Shown here: positions 46,492 to 56,492 of the stretch, in pieces
Layout: every line of letters begins with the position of its first letter
How positions within the stretch are numbered: position 1 is the stretch's first letter
Origin: a virus
Reading direction: 5' to 3' (one strand)
DNA length: 64,000 nucleotides
IMG/VR virus record: IMGVR_UViG_3300012090_000181
The notes under the pieces: model-generated
Database searches by the model: none
Seen by the model: the letters and a program-made list of their open reading frames with translations, nothing else
What the model was told of the DNA's origin: nothing
Made by a program: the position numbers and the translations under genes

Positions 46492-47484
46492 ATGACTGTA
46501 GAGAACGACAGCGCTGATATTCTCTATGGAGATACCCTGGCACGAACCGAGAGCGAGCTTGACAGGTCCGTGCGCCTTGATTGGATCAGCAAGGAAGTAG
46601 AAGAGGTAGAGCAATCGAAGCATAATGCCGGTTTGACTGTCTCTGACATTCCTGGTGATTTCCTTCCACTACTGGAGGCGGGCATGCCCGCTGATGAGCG
46701 TGTGCCTCGGCTGATCGAAGTCCTCGGCGGACGCTGGTTGTGCAATACCAGTAACAGCTACGGGCCGGATGAGCTGGAGATGATCTTCAAGCTGTTGGCC
46801 TGGGGTCCGGCGGCAGCAACTGCTTCCGGACCATCGGCGTATATTGCCGATGCGATCACCTATACCTGGGCCAACCTGATCAAGGCTGCCATCCGCCTTG
46901 CCGGCCGGCAAGGCTGGAGGACGCAACTCGAACAGGCGTTTCAGAAGCAGCTCGATCAAAAGCAGCTTCCGTTCTCCGAGTTTCCTGATCTGGTCGCCTT
47001 GGCTCGTCCTAATGCCTATTCTCCGGAAGATGCCGAACTGGTCACGCAGGGTCGCATCCATTGCCGAAGCACTGACCCGGACAGGACCGTCTGTGGCCGT
47101 TCTGTCTCGGTGATAGGTGATGCTTCGGCAACATGGCAGTCGGTGCCTCGGGTCAAGAAAGACAACCCGCTGGAGTTACTGGATGAACCCGAGTGCGGGC
47201 AATGTCGCCATCAGATGATCCAGACCGATCCGAATCGACTGATTGCCGCTTATAGACCGTTGGATGCCGGCGAACTTGCATCGCGTACTCTGGCCCGAGC
47301 GCGAGAGGAGATACCCCGGGAATGGAATGCCGATCAAGATGAGCTCAACTGCCGGCACACGCCTGCATGGGTAAGACAGAAACTGGCGGCTTCATTATGG
47401 CGTTGCGCCATCAGCTCGCTGCTGCTGAAACAGCCTCTGGATGCAGATGATGACGCGCTGTCGGCGACATCACCGCTGACCTGA
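46492..47484 (+). CDS. ILYG-tagged family C protein (Zn motif)
   Basis: SADILYG; KLLAWGP; H..TVCG...CGQC; TACAAT 6 nt before ATG. Confidence 0.8.
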   Translation: MTVENDSADILYGDTLARTESELDRSVRLDWISKEVEEVEQSKHNAGLTVSDIPGDFLPLLEAGMPADERVPRLIEVLGGRWLCNTSNSYGPDELEMIFKLLAWGPAAATASGPSAYIADAITYTWANLIKAAIRLAGRQGWRTQLEQAFQKQLDQKQLPFSEFPDLVALARPNAYSPEDAELVTQGRIHCRSTDPDRTVCGRSVSVIGDASATWQSVPRVKKDNPLELLDEPECGQCRHQMIQTDPNRLIAAYRPLDAGELASRTLARAREEIPREWNADQDELNCRHTPAWVRQKLAASLWRCAISSLLLKQPLDADDDALSATSPLT

Positions 47485-47520
47485 GTTGACCGCATCGCGC
47501 CGGTCTGCTATGCTTTTCAT

Positions 47521-47769
47521 ATGAAAGCGATCGACACGGGCAAGCCTGTCCATCCACTGCTGGTTCCTTTCATCGTGGTCTGGGTCGTCCTGCTTGCCAT
47601 ATTCAGTATCCTGCTGGGCATCCTCAGCGCTCTGTTCGGTCTGTTGATGGTGCTGCTGACGCTTCCCTTGCATCTCCTGTGCCGTGGCCTTGGCCTACGC
47701 GGCTTCACCAAGCATGAGGACGGGATCATCGAGTATTGCTGGTATCGAAATCCCTTCGCCCGTCGGTGA
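47521..47769 (+). CDS. Small membrane protein
   Basis: Long hydrophobic stretch; TATGCT 6 nt before ATG. Confidence 0.6.
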   Translation: MKAIDTGKPVHPLLVPFIVVWVVLLAIFSILLGILSALFGLLMVLLTLPLHLLCRGLGLRGFTKHEDGIIEYCWYRNPFARR

Positions 47770-47870
47770 GCTTTGCACAGAGGCGTTTGCTCGAGAGGGA
47801 CTGACAGCATTCCTGTCTTTGCTCCGGGTAAAAGCAGACTTGGCCGGCGTCATCGGCTTATGCTTCCTGG

Positions 47871-48602
47871 ATGCGCTTCTCACTACGCCGCCATAAGGGG
47901 AAGCAGTCGCCGCTGTTTCCGCAGGCAGTGATCGGTTATCGCGCCTGGCTGACACAGACAGATGCCCTTGCCGGGATCATGTCGGGAGCAGATCCCGCCG
48001 ATTATCCCGTCAGATTGTTTCCCTTGATAGGAGGTCGAGGGCGACCCTGGCAGCCAGGTGAGAACATCGCCAGCTGTGATCGCGGCCGCCATCATGCTCC
48101 GAACAAGCAGTGTCATTGTGGGCTGTACGCCTTTTACAAGCTACGCTCGGCCAGACGCAAGCTTGGCGGACGACTTGGTGAGGCATTCGGTATGATCGGG
48201 GCCATCGCCGCTGCCGGCGATGTTCAATGCCACGCTGATGGCTACCGCGCCGAGAAGGCACAGATCATCGCGCTGTTGGCAAGCCGACGCAATCCCCATT
48301 GTGAAGAAGTAGCAGCTTATTACAGGGTGCCGTTATTCCACGACAAACGCGAGATGCAAGCTTATGTTCTCGGCCTGGCCAAACCGGTTCCACGCTGGCT
48401 ACGGCCGCCGAGGGCGATATTGGCGCTGTCGCTGTTGCGCTGGGGATTGGTCGCCGTCATCACCGAATGCTTCTTGCAGATCATCAGCCCGATGATCGGA
48501 TCGGATCTGTTGCAGCATCTGTCGGCAGCGTTGTTGTTGCCTTGTCTGCTGCTCTACTCGACAGGTTTGTTGCTGACGATCATGCAGTCCGAACGCCGTT
48601 GA
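47871..48602 (+). CDS. Cys/His-motif protein with C-terminal TM anchor (paralog of 32892)
   Basis: IGYRAW, WQPGENIASC, HHAPNKQCHCGLYAF, GYRAEKAQI, 2 TM. Confidence 0.75.
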   Translation: MRFSLRRHKGKQSPLFPQAVIGYRAWLTQTDALAGIMSGADPADYPVRLFPLIGGRGRPWQPGENIASCDRGRHHAPNKQCHCGLYAFYKLRSARRKLGGRLGEAFGMIGAIAAAGDVQCHADGYRAEKAQIIALLASRRNPHCEEVAAYYRVPLFHDKREMQAYVLGLAKPVPRWLRPPRAILALSLLRWGLVAVITECFLQIISPMIGSDLLQHLSAALLLPCLLLYSTGLLLTIMQSERR

Positions 48603-48624
48603 AGACCTTCTGATCAGTCGCAGA

Positions 48625-49590
48625 TCAGAACGGGATTTCCTTGCCGGCAGCATCTTCTTGTTCGCGGATCGCCTGAAGCTCCTTCCAGGTCTTCAGTTCC
48701 TTGAGCCATTCTTTCTCATCGTATTTCTTGTCGAACAGATACCAGGCGTAGGCAAGCCGGGGATCTTCTATTGCCGGACCGTCAGTACGATGGAGCATCC
48801 CCTTGCGATGCCACTCTTTATGGAGATACTCGGTGCCTTCATCGTCGCGCACCTTGTAGATCATCGCCGGTCCATCAGCGCGATGCCGATACCCATCCTT
48901 GTAATACTCCAGGTCACAAAGATCAGCCGAGACGATGGCCGGTAGTGAAGCGCCGGTGCTGTCAGGATCACGATGGAGGAGACCATGCTTGTACCATTTC
49001 TCGGTGCCGTCAGCAGCGATGTAGGCCGGGCCATCTTTCCGATGTAGGTCTCCTTCCAGTCTCCACTCCTGGCTGCCATCGGCGTTGATCGCGGTCGGCC
49101 CACCTGCGCGCTCCGTCAGGCCGTGCTGATACCAGTGTCGGCTGCCATCGTCCTTGATGATCGCAGGCTTGTCGTCATCACGGTGCAGCCGTCCTTGATA
49201 CCACCACTCACTGCATTCAGCGCTTATGACAGCCGGCTGATCTTCGTCACGATGCCGTAGTCCATGCAAGAAGTATTCTTCTCGATCAGGATAAATCACT
49301 GCCGGACCTATCGCGCCGTCAGCGTCCGGATCACGATGCGGTAGGCCTGCATCATCAACCCAGACCTCGGCAGGCCCGGTCACGCTTGCGGTCGATCCAA
49401 ACAGACGATTACTACCTGCATCGAGTTCCAGTTTGACAAGTCGACCACTCAGGTCCAGATACTCGATACGATCCTTATGGACGACGGCATGAAGCGTCGT
49501 CAGTACCTGATTCAGAGAAGGCCCAGAGCGGACAGGAGCGCTTCCGTAAAGAAGTTCATCGACACTGTCTCCATTTCCACGCATGATCAT
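48625..49590 (-). CDS. LLYG-tagged MORN-like repeat protein
   Basis: MRGNG..VDELLYG; about eight LHRxDGPAxIxxxGxxxWYxxG units. Confidence 0.8.
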   Translation of the reverse strand: MIMRGNGDSVDELLYGSAPVRSGPSLNQVLTTLHAVVHKDRIEYLDLSGRLVKLELDAGSNRLFGSTASVTGPAEVWVDDAGLPHRDPDADGAIGPAVIYPDREEYFLHGLRHRDEDQPAVISAECSEWWYQGRLHRDDDKPAIIKDDGSRHWYQHGLTERAGGPTAINADGSQEWRLEGDLHRKDGPAYIAADGTEKWYKHGLLHRDPDSTGASLPAIVSADLCDLEYYKDGYRHRADGPAMIYKVRDDEGTEYLHKEWHRKGMLHRTDGPAIEDPRLAYAWYLFDKKYDEKEWLKELKTWKELQAIREQEDAAGKEIPF

Positions 49591-49711
49591 AACAGATGAT
49601 AGCAGCTATTCTTACATCCAGCAGCCGCAGATGATCGTCTGTGAGTGCGACCACCAGTTGATAACTGATCGAAAATATCTGTTTCCCACCTTGATCAGCT
49701 AAGATCACCTT

Positions 49712-50728
49712 ATGCGTGGGACAGGGATGACAGCCGAGGGATTGACAGCCGAGCAGATCCTCTATGGCCGTGGCCAGTCCCGCGAGATCAGTGAGAGAAC
49801 CAAGCTTCAGAACTTGGAGACTTTGATGGAAGAGGCCGATCTCGCCGCCGAAGGGATCCGCGAGGAGTGCATGGATTATGAGAGTGTCCCGGCCTTGTTC
49901 TTCCATATGTTGTCGGCCGGAACTTTCCCCGAGGGCCGCGAGCATCATGAGCAGGTGGCCCAGGTGATCACGCGGATGATCCGCTGGATCGACCGGGCGC
50001 CGTTCCTGGCCCTGGAGAAATCCCATCCACAAGTTTTGCAGGTTCTCGCTTATGCTCCGAGTATCGTCGGGCAACTGGGCACGACCCAGATCACTCCGGC
50101 CTATGAGCGCCTGGTCAACAGCTATCTGAAGTATTACCGTGGCTGTAAGCCTGCGCATGCCGAACGGGTCGATGACAGACTGACCGAGCTGCTGAACAGC
50201 GATGATCACCAGTCGAAGTCCTATCCGGTCTTGATGGAGCCGGAGCCGGATACGCGTCGGGTCTATGGTGGAAAATCGACCGGGGCCAGACATCTGGTCT
50301 TGTCCAATGGGCGACGTACCCCATGCGGTGTCTCCATTCCTGATCGCCATGATCGTCATGTCAGCAAGCACTGGCGGGGCGTGACCCGGACCAAGGACGA
50401 GCGTGCGGACTATTGGGAAGCCTTGTTCCGCAAGTATGATCCTGACTCTGAGCTGAAGATCGGGATCACCTGCAGTAAGTGCAAGAAGCACGCTGACAGC
50501 GATCAGATCAAGCGCTCACCGTTGAGTGACCATGAGCAACTGATCCATGCTCATGCTCATGTACGCAAGACGGTCCCTTTCCTGTTCGTGGCCTCACTCG
50601 ACGAAAAAGCACATACCCCGGAAGAGATCGAGCGACGACTGCAAGAGCTGATCTGGCAGCAATCGCTTGAGGCGCTACGACTGAAAGCAGATCTCGATGC
50701 TGATGAGCGCGCCCGGATCGTTCTTTGA
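49712..50728 (+). CDS. ILYG-tagged family C protein (Zn motif)
   Basis: MRGTG..AEQILYG; QVLAYAP; H..TPCG...CSKC; TAAGAT 6 nt before ATG. Confidence 0.8.
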   Translation: MRGTGMTAEGLTAEQILYGRGQSREISERTKLQNLETLMEEADLAAEGIREECMDYESVPALFFHMLSAGTFPEGREHHEQVAQVITRMIRWIDRAPFLALEKSHPQVLQVLAYAPSIVGQLGTTQITPAYERLVNSYLKYYRGCKPAHAERVDDRLTELLNSDDHQSKSYPVLMEPEPDTRRVYGGKSTGARHLVLSNGRRTPCGVSIPDRHDRHVSKHWRGVTRTKDERADYWEALFRKYDPDSELKIGITCSKCKKHADSDQIKRSPLSDHEQLIHAHAHVRKTVPFLFVASLDEKAHTPEEIERRLQELIWQQSLEALRLKADLDADERARIVL

Positions 50729-50780
50729 CGTCGAAGTATGTGAGCTTTCCGATTTCGTCTGCTTCATGAGATCTTGACTG

Positions 50781-51227
50781 GTGACGTATGACAAGAGCAC
50801 CATACCCGATTTTTTTGATCCACTCCAAGCGGCACGAGCCCGGCTTGCGATCAGCGTCATGATCTGCTATCCTATGCGCAACATTGCGACTTCTGGAGCC
50901 CAGATGAAACCAAAGAACAGTTCTTCTCGTATCGAAAATATCCGCACGATCATGGCCTTGGTCTTCGTCATCGCCATGTTCATCAGTTTGATCACCGGCC
51001 CTGGATGGCTGGTATGGCCATGCGTTGCCGGTATCATCATCAGCATCGGCCTGAAACAGTCGCTTTCGCTCTACAGTCCTGCATATGTGTTCAGCGCGGT
51101 GATCAGTTTCGTGATCCTGAAGTTGATCGGCGTAAACGGCATCATCGGACTGCTGGCGGTGCTGACCGCTGCCTTCTGGGCCGATCATCGCTGGCGCAAG
51201 AGCCGTCCTGTCGATGATGCTGCCTGA
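50781..51227 (+). CDS. Membrane protein (about 4 TM)
   Basis: Hydrophobic helices; start uncertain. Confidence 0.55.
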   Translation: MTYDKSTIPDFFDPLQAARARLAISVMICYPMRNIATSGAQMKPKNSSSRIENIRTIMALVFVIAMFISLITGPGWLVWPCVAGIIISIGLKQSLSLYSPAYVFSAVISFVILKLIGVNGIIGLLAVLTAAFWADHRWRKSRPVDDAA

Positions 51228-51657
51228 CGGGATGATGGCCGGGAACGGTTCCATCGGAGAGATCCTCTATGGTGATATGCCGCGCCTACATATCACCTCC
51301 TCTCCAGATAGCGAAGTCGTAGAGTTCGACGTTGCCGAGCGGATATTGCTGGCAGACACCGCGCACTTGTTTTATCTGTGTGGGTCCGTCGGCCGACACC
51401 GGCCCCGGCTGTTGGAACTGTCCGACGATCTTCAAGTTTATACCGAGCAAGGCCATAAGTTGTCCCCGGAGCAGTTCTCCGAGGCGCTGTTGGTATTTTC
51501 AGCTGCTGCCGATCAGCTTGCCAAAGGATTGGATACCGAAGCCGCACGAGCAGCGGGATATATTACCAGCTCGGGAGCTTTTGCTCAGATCGACAGAAGT
51601 TATTCAGGTCTGAACGAGATCATCGCCCGCCTAGGATCGCTCTGCGAACAGTCTTGA
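51214..51657 (+). CDS. ILYG-tagged singleton
   Basis: SIGEILYG near N-terminus; overlaps stop of previous gene. Confidence 0.7.
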   Translation: MMLPDGMMAGNGSIGEILYGDMPRLHITSSPDSEVVEFDVAERILLADTAHLFYLCGSVGRHRPRLLELSDDLQVYTEQGHKLSPEQFSEALLVFSAAADQLAKGLDTEAARAAGYITSSGAFAQIDRSYSGLNEIIARLGSLCEQS

Positions 51658-51751
51658 TCATCGCCAGGGTCTGCCTGATTCTTGAAGCTGGCCTGATCTT
51701 GGGGCAGCTTATTTTCTTCTTTTTCCAACTGTCTGTGCTAACCTTCTGACG

Positions 51752-51985
51752 ATGGCTTCCCTCTTTCGCATCTTCAAGCGCGACTTCAATCCACCGCCGA
51801 CCGTCGAGATTATCGGCAGCATTCCCGAGCGCACGCCGGCCGGGGTCGATACCAAGGTGCTTGATGCGCACCTGCGCTCGCTGGCTCGAGCCGGAGTGGC
51901 CCGCTTGGAGCGAGAGGCAGCAGCGAAAGAAGGACACCGCCAAGTCCTTTTCCGAAGGATCACCTGCCTCAGAAGCAACCACTGA
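51752..51985 (+). CDS. Hypothetical protein
   Basis: TAACCT 7 nt before ATG. Confidence 0.4.
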   Translation: MASLFRIFKRDFNPPPTVEIIGSIPERTPAGVDTKVLDAHLRSLARAGVARLEREAAAKEGHRQVLFRRITCLRSNH

Positions 51986-52154
51986 TCCGGTGACAGGCGC
52001 GGATGTAGCTGACGAGAATGTCCTGCCGGGAGAACCTGGTCTGTATCCCCATCGTCGGCTCTTGACAGTTGCCTGTATAGCTGCTATCTTGTCTTCATCG
52101 AGACTGTCTTTTACTTCAGCATCCAACCTATCAAGCCAAAAGAAAGAAGAACTG

Positions 52155-52685
52155 ATGAAAACCGCTCTGATTATCGTTGATGTCCAGAATGATTTCCTCC
52201 CCGGCGGCGCTCTCGGGATCACCGATGGAGATGCCGTCGTCGCCCCGCTGATTGCTGCAACCGAGGGCGCTGATCTGATCGTCGCCTCCCGCGACTACCA
52301 CCCGAAAGATCACGTCAGCTTCAAGGCGCAGGGTGGTCCTTGGCCTGAGCATTGCGTGGCCGGAACCGAGGGCGCGGAACTGGTCAAGTTCATCGAGGAC
52401 ACCGCCGATGTGATCGTGGATAAGGCCACCGAGGCCGACAAGGATGCTTACTCGGCCTTCCAGGGGACCGGCCTGGCAGCCTACCTCAAAGAGGCCGGGA
52501 TCACCCACGTCAAGGTCGGTGGGCTGGCGACCGATTACTGCGTCAAGGCAACCGTCCTCGACGCACTCGCCGCCGGGTTCGACACCACCGTCCTGGTCGA
52601 AGCTTCGCGGCCGGTCGGGGATGAGGAAGCTCTGGCCCTGGCTCTGCGCAAGATGCGCCGTGAGGGTGCCAAGATCCGTCGCTAG
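52155..52685 (+). CDS. pncA: Nicotinamidase/pyrazinamidase
   Basis: IIVDVQNDFLPGGAL, RDYHP..H, WPEHCV, K..YSAF, GLATDYCV. Confidence 0.92.
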   Translation: MKTALIIVDVQNDFLPGGALGITDGDAVVAPLIAATEGADLIVASRDYHPKDHVSFKAQGGPWPEHCVAGTEGAELVKFIEDTADVIVDKATEADKDAYSAFQGTGLAAYLKEAGITHVKVGGLATDYCVKATVLDALAAGFDTTVLVEASRPVGDEEALALALRKMRREGAKIRR

Positions 52686-52703
52686 GAGTGATCCGGAGGG
52701 TAG

Positions 52704-53270
52704 ATGCCAGGCGTTGATTCAGATACCATCCTCTACGGTCAGACCAGTTCGCGTGGTCGGCTTCAAGGATCGGTCGGCAAGATGGATGATGAGTTGTCGC
52801 CATCGAGGACGGGAACCGTCGATGGCTATTTCGAGTATCTGGATCACTGGTTGGCCTGGTCAGGAACCGAGCGCTGGGCGGTGCTCAGGACTGATCTCCC
52901 CGCCGATCTGCTGCCGGACGCCAGACGGTCTGTACGCCTGAAGCAGCCGATCACGCGCCTGTGTGAGGTCAGATGGTTCGGCATCACCCCAAAGACGCAA
53001 CTGGATACGTGCAACGTAGAGAATGCCAAAGACATCTACGATGGGCTGAATGGATGGTGGCAACAGGTGACCTATTCCACTTCTGCCGAGCCGGCCTTGG
53101 TGCTGACCTCACACCTGCGAGCGGTCGAACACTGCTGCGGACCAGGTATCTGGCGGTATTCCAAACCTTATGATGCCCTTGGCTACGTCCAGTTCTCGGA
53201 ACCGGATAAAGTCGGGAAGGTCGTCGGCCTGATCCGCTGTGATCAGGATCATCCACCCAGACGGCGCTGA
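52704..53270 (+). CDS. ILYG-tagged family A protein
   Basis: PGVDSDTILYG; AWSGTERW..LP; HLRAVEH..GIWRY; ggagg RBS. Confidence 0.8.
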   Translation: MPGVDSDTILYGQTSSRGRLQGSVGKMDDELSPSRTGTVDGYFEYLDHWLAWSGTERWAVLRTDLPADLLPDARRSVRLKQPITRLCEVRWFGITPKTQLDTCNVENAKDIYDGLNGWWQQVTYSTSAEPALVLTSHLRAVEHCCGPGIWRYSKPYDALGYVQFSEPDKVGKVVGLIRCDQDHPPRRR

Positions 53271-53574
53271 CGGTTGACGATGCCTGGTGATGGGGCCGCT
53301 CGACGATAGGTGTGAGCAGTGGCCTGCTTGCCACCTGTGATCGTGGGCATATATTCACAGTTTGATCGCACAGCAGCAATAGTTGCGAGACAGTAGTCAA
53401 AGGTGCTATCAAATAGTAGCCAAAAGTGCTACCAATAGTAGCTATTGGTGCGACCACGCGCTTATGTTTGGCCGCGTCACCAAGATCCAGTTGTTTTCCT
53501 GTCTTCATAAATGATTGAAGTCTTCAGAAGCAGGAGAAACCGACATCGCTTGTCCCGTCAGCTATTCTTTGTTC

Positions 53575-54234
53575 ATGGGACGCGGTAGTTCAACCTCCGG
53601 CAGTATCCGGTCAGAGGCGGAGACAGGGTGGAGACCCCGCACGCCCGTGCGTCTGCGCGATTTCGGCTTCACACCACCTGAGAACTCATATTCGGACAGC
53701 AGCCGATGGTTGAAGGAGCATGCGTCAGAGCGGCTGCTGAAGGCGCTGGGGCCGGCAGAGATAGAAGAGATATGGGATCCGGAGACCGGGACATTGGAGG
53801 TCTTCAATCCAAACTGTCGAGAACTGACTCCGGGCGTGATCAACTCGGAGGCCGAAGCCTATTACAGCTACGGGGCCTGCGCGCTGTTGGCGATCGACTT
53901 ACACCGTCAGACCGGGATGCCCCTGGTCCTGCTCGTCAGCGATCTCCAAGACGATCCGGTAGATCAAGAGCGTGTCTGGGTACATGGCTGTGTCAGGACC
54001 CCGTCTGGCGATTATCTGGACATTCATGGAGTCGAAGATGCTGAGGAGAAGCTTGCCCGATGGCGGTCTCGTTATCCGGACATCAAGATGTTGGAAGTCG
54101 CTGATGAAGCCGAGTTCTGCTCACATGTCGGCGATGACTTCGACAGCTTCATGGAGCATGAGCTGGCCGTGACCGAGGACTTTGCCCGGTTGTTGCTGCA
54201 TGATTACGCCTATGTGCTTGAAGTAGATGAGTGA
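53575..54234 (+). CDS. MGRG-start transglutaminase/papain-like protein
   Basis: YGACALLA...VHG..YLDIHG (Cys-His-Asp order); TATTCT 6 nt before ATG 53575. Confidence 0.55.
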   Translation: MGRGSSTSGSIRSEAETGWRPRTPVRLRDFGFTPPENSYSDSSRWLKEHASERLLKALGPAEIEEIWDPETGTLEVFNPNCRELTPGVINSEAEAYYSYGACALLAIDLHRQTGMPLVLLVSDLQDDPVDQERVWVHGCVRTPSGDYLDIHGVEDAEEKLARWRSRYPDIKMLEVADEAEFCSHVGDDFDSFMEHELAVTEDFARLLLHDYAYVLEVDE

Positions 54235-54248
54235 TTTAGAGCTGCGCG

Positions 54249-55787
54249 TCACAGTAGGAACTGCTCATCATAATCCACCGCCGGCAGCCGATAGCTGTCG
54301 GTGATCATGTTGATCTCTTCGGTGAAGAACTCTTCATCCTCACCGACATCGGGTAGGTAGTAATCCGGAGAGCAAACAGGTGCGGGTTCCAGAGCCGCCA
54401 GAAAATCTTGATCTTCTTCTACATCGGGCAGATTATAGTCATCTGTAGGAATAGCAGCCATCTCCTGAATAAAGATCGCATCACGCAGTTCTCCTATTGT
54501 CATTTCTCGGGCGCTTTTTATACCATTACAGTATCTGCAGAGTGTCTGTAAGTTACTGATGTCATTGCTACCGCCTCTGCTGTAAGGAATGATATGATCT
54601 ATCTCCAGTTCTTGATCGTCACCGCAGCATTTACAACAGTATCTATCACGGGCGAAAACAGTTCTTCGGATCTTTCTGGGTATCTGCGGGCGATCCTCCG
54701 AGTATTTTGCGAACTCATGCTGCTGCAGTATTTTTTCGACAACACTCTGTTTTCCTTTACTGATGAACTCATTCATCTGCTCATCGGTTATTTCTCCAGA
54801 AACCCATGTCTCAGCCAGTGTACGCTTCAGAGCGGCTCCACGTCTCACCCCGAGTTCTCTCAGTCGCCGCGATTTACCCTCTGCATCCATATGAACCAGT
54901 GTATTCCAGTTCAGCTTGATGAGTGATATAGCATCACCTAGTCGTCGGCAGATCGGGCACGGGCGCACGTTTCCATCAGCATCACGTCTGTGACTCGGAG
55001 GAGTAGTCCAAGTGTGGCCGTCCTCGCATTCCCAGCGTACGGGTTTTGCGCTGTTTGGTGCTGTATTCTCCGGAGTAGCTTCGGGATGTTCTTCCATTCC
55101 TCTCCATTCAGGGACCAGGCCGGGAGTCAAGGCCGCAATGGATTCTTTTCTCGCAACTTTTCCTGGCCTGCGCTTTCGGACGAGAGCACAAGTAGGACAT
55201 CCCTGACGCTCTTTCCTGGTCCTGTCAGCAACACGGCTCCACCATGTATGTCCCTCAGCGCATTCCCACAACACGATCAAGCCGCTACTGACCGACGTAT
55301 TGCCTGGATGATTGTATTGTCTCTCAGAATCCTTGACACCTCTCCATTGTGCGGCAATCTCAGGTCCTTTCACCAGCAGGGACCTTTCCAGACTGCTGAG
55401 GCATCGTAATCGGCTTATTTCCGAGTTTCTTCTCTTGACCATCTCCGGATTGGCTTTCAAGATCTGACTAAGTTTTCGTCCACTTGCTTTACGCATCTCA
55501 GGTAAGAGTCCCCATCTGCATTCTGGGCATATTCTCCCGTGATCTCGGGTACGCTCATACACCCTACACGACCAGAGGGTGCAACACTCAGAACAACGCC
55601 AGGAGAATAGTACACTTGATCCTGATGATGTATTGCCGGGGTGATGCAAAGGATGATTTTTATCAGCTGCATAAAACTCTGCTGCTATTTCAGGGTGGCT
55701 TTCTGACAGAGGGATTGATCCTCTGCGAATGTACGGCTTTCTTGTCGAAGACTTCTTTTTCATCACAACAGTTCCAATGATCACCAT
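54249..55787 (-). CDS. Zinc-ribbon (DUF4379-like x3) plus HNH endonuclease
   Basis: Three P..A.EW..P.N...S..V.W.C..H.W...R...CP.C units; RRTVFARD..CKCCG..LEIDHIIPYSRGGSN..NLQTLC..CN..K; AT-richer DNA. Confidence 0.88.
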   Translation of the reverse strand: MVIIGTVVMKKKSSTRKPYIRRGSIPLSESHPEIAAEFYAADKNHPLHHPGNTSSGSSVLFSWRCSECCTLWSCRVYERTRDHGRICPECRWGLLPEMRKASGRKLSQILKANPEMVKRRNSEISRLRCLSSLERSLLVKGPEIAAQWRGVKDSERQYNHPGNTSVSSGLIVLWECAEGHTWWSRVADRTRKERQGCPTCALVRKRRPGKVARKESIAALTPGLVPEWRGMEEHPEATPENTAPNSAKPVRWECEDGHTWTTPPSHRRDADGNVRPCPICRRLGDAISLIKLNWNTLVHMDAEGKSRRLRELGVRRGAALKRTLAETWVSGEITDEQMNEFISKGKQSVVEKILQQHEFAKYSEDRPQIPRKIRRTVFARDRYCCKCCGDDQELEIDHIIPYSRGGSNDISNLQTLCRYCNGIKSAREMTIGELRDAIFIQEMAAIPTDDYNLPDVEEDQDFLAALEPAPVCSPDYYLPDVGEDEEFFTEEINMITDSYRLPAVDYDEQFLL

Positions 55788-55822
55788 AAGGTTATCAACG
55801 TAGAGAAAGCCATCCGGGGCTT

Positions 55823-56029
55823 TTATCTTGCAGCAACAGCCGAGAGGGGGCAGATTTTATACCCTAATTTTATTAGAGGGTGTAATATCTGCATCTCGCA
55901 GTACCTCATTTCAGGGTCAGACGGGGTATAGCGGTTACACCCACAAAGTAATAAGGAAAAACAGATAGAGTATACCAAGAGGACAGTATAAATTAGTAGT
56001 AACAGATAAGTAGTAGACCCATCAACCAA
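55823..56029 (-). CDS. Possible small membrane peptide
   Basis: One hydrophobic helix in an AT-rich tract. Confidence 0.25.
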   Translation of the reverse strand: MVDGSTTYLLLLIYTVLLVYSICFSLLLCGCNRYTPSDPEMRYCEMQILHPLIKLGYKICPLSAVAAR

Positions 56030-56075
56030 GTAGCCCCATTATCCAAAATCGACATTTTCTTGCGCCCGCGATCGC

Positions 56076-56492
56076 CTATCTCATATCCTTCTGCCGTCCG
56101 GCTTCGGTGAGAGCGTAGGTCCATGATTGCCGTCCCAGCTTCAACTGGAGGAAACCGTCGTTTCTCAGCTCCTTGCATGCCTGGGTCAAGAGCTGGTAAT
56201 CAGTAGTCCCTTCATCAGCCGATGGCTCCTTTTCTTTCGCCGGTGCATGCCGCAGACACAGATCCAGTTGCGGTAGCGTCATCTCGGTATATCCGGTATA
56301 TCTGCCGCCGCCGGCCTCGACGGTCTGAAAAGCTTTTATTATCGCTGCTTTCATCTCCGCCGAAGGATAGGCATGGCTCCTGTTATCGGATGATCTTGTC
56401 GCCATCCGTTCAAGACCATAGAGGATCCCATCAGCGCCCGCATCGGCGTATGCCTCCTGTGCCTGGCTGCTCATGCTGTCTCTGATGGTCAT
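56076..56492 (-). CDS. ILYG-tagged protein with wHTH-like C-terminus
   Basis: ADGILYG; ACKELRNDGFL..YALTEAG; TATGTT 6 nt before ATG. Confidence 0.7.
   Translation of the reverse strand: MTIRDSMSSQAQEAYADAGADGILYGLERMATRSSDNRSHAYPSAEMKAAIIKAFQTVEAGGGRYTGYTEMTLPQLDLCLRHAPAKEKEPSADEGTTDYQLLTQACKELRNDGFLQLKLGRQSWTYALTEAGRQKDMR

Noticed and set aside
49556-51254. Long antisense ORFs (49556..50491, 50508..51254; also 8008..8754, 44640..45335, 17270..17992, 10602..10988)
   Set aside because: Shadow ORFs of better-supported genes, expected in GC-rich DNA, with no motifs or promoters
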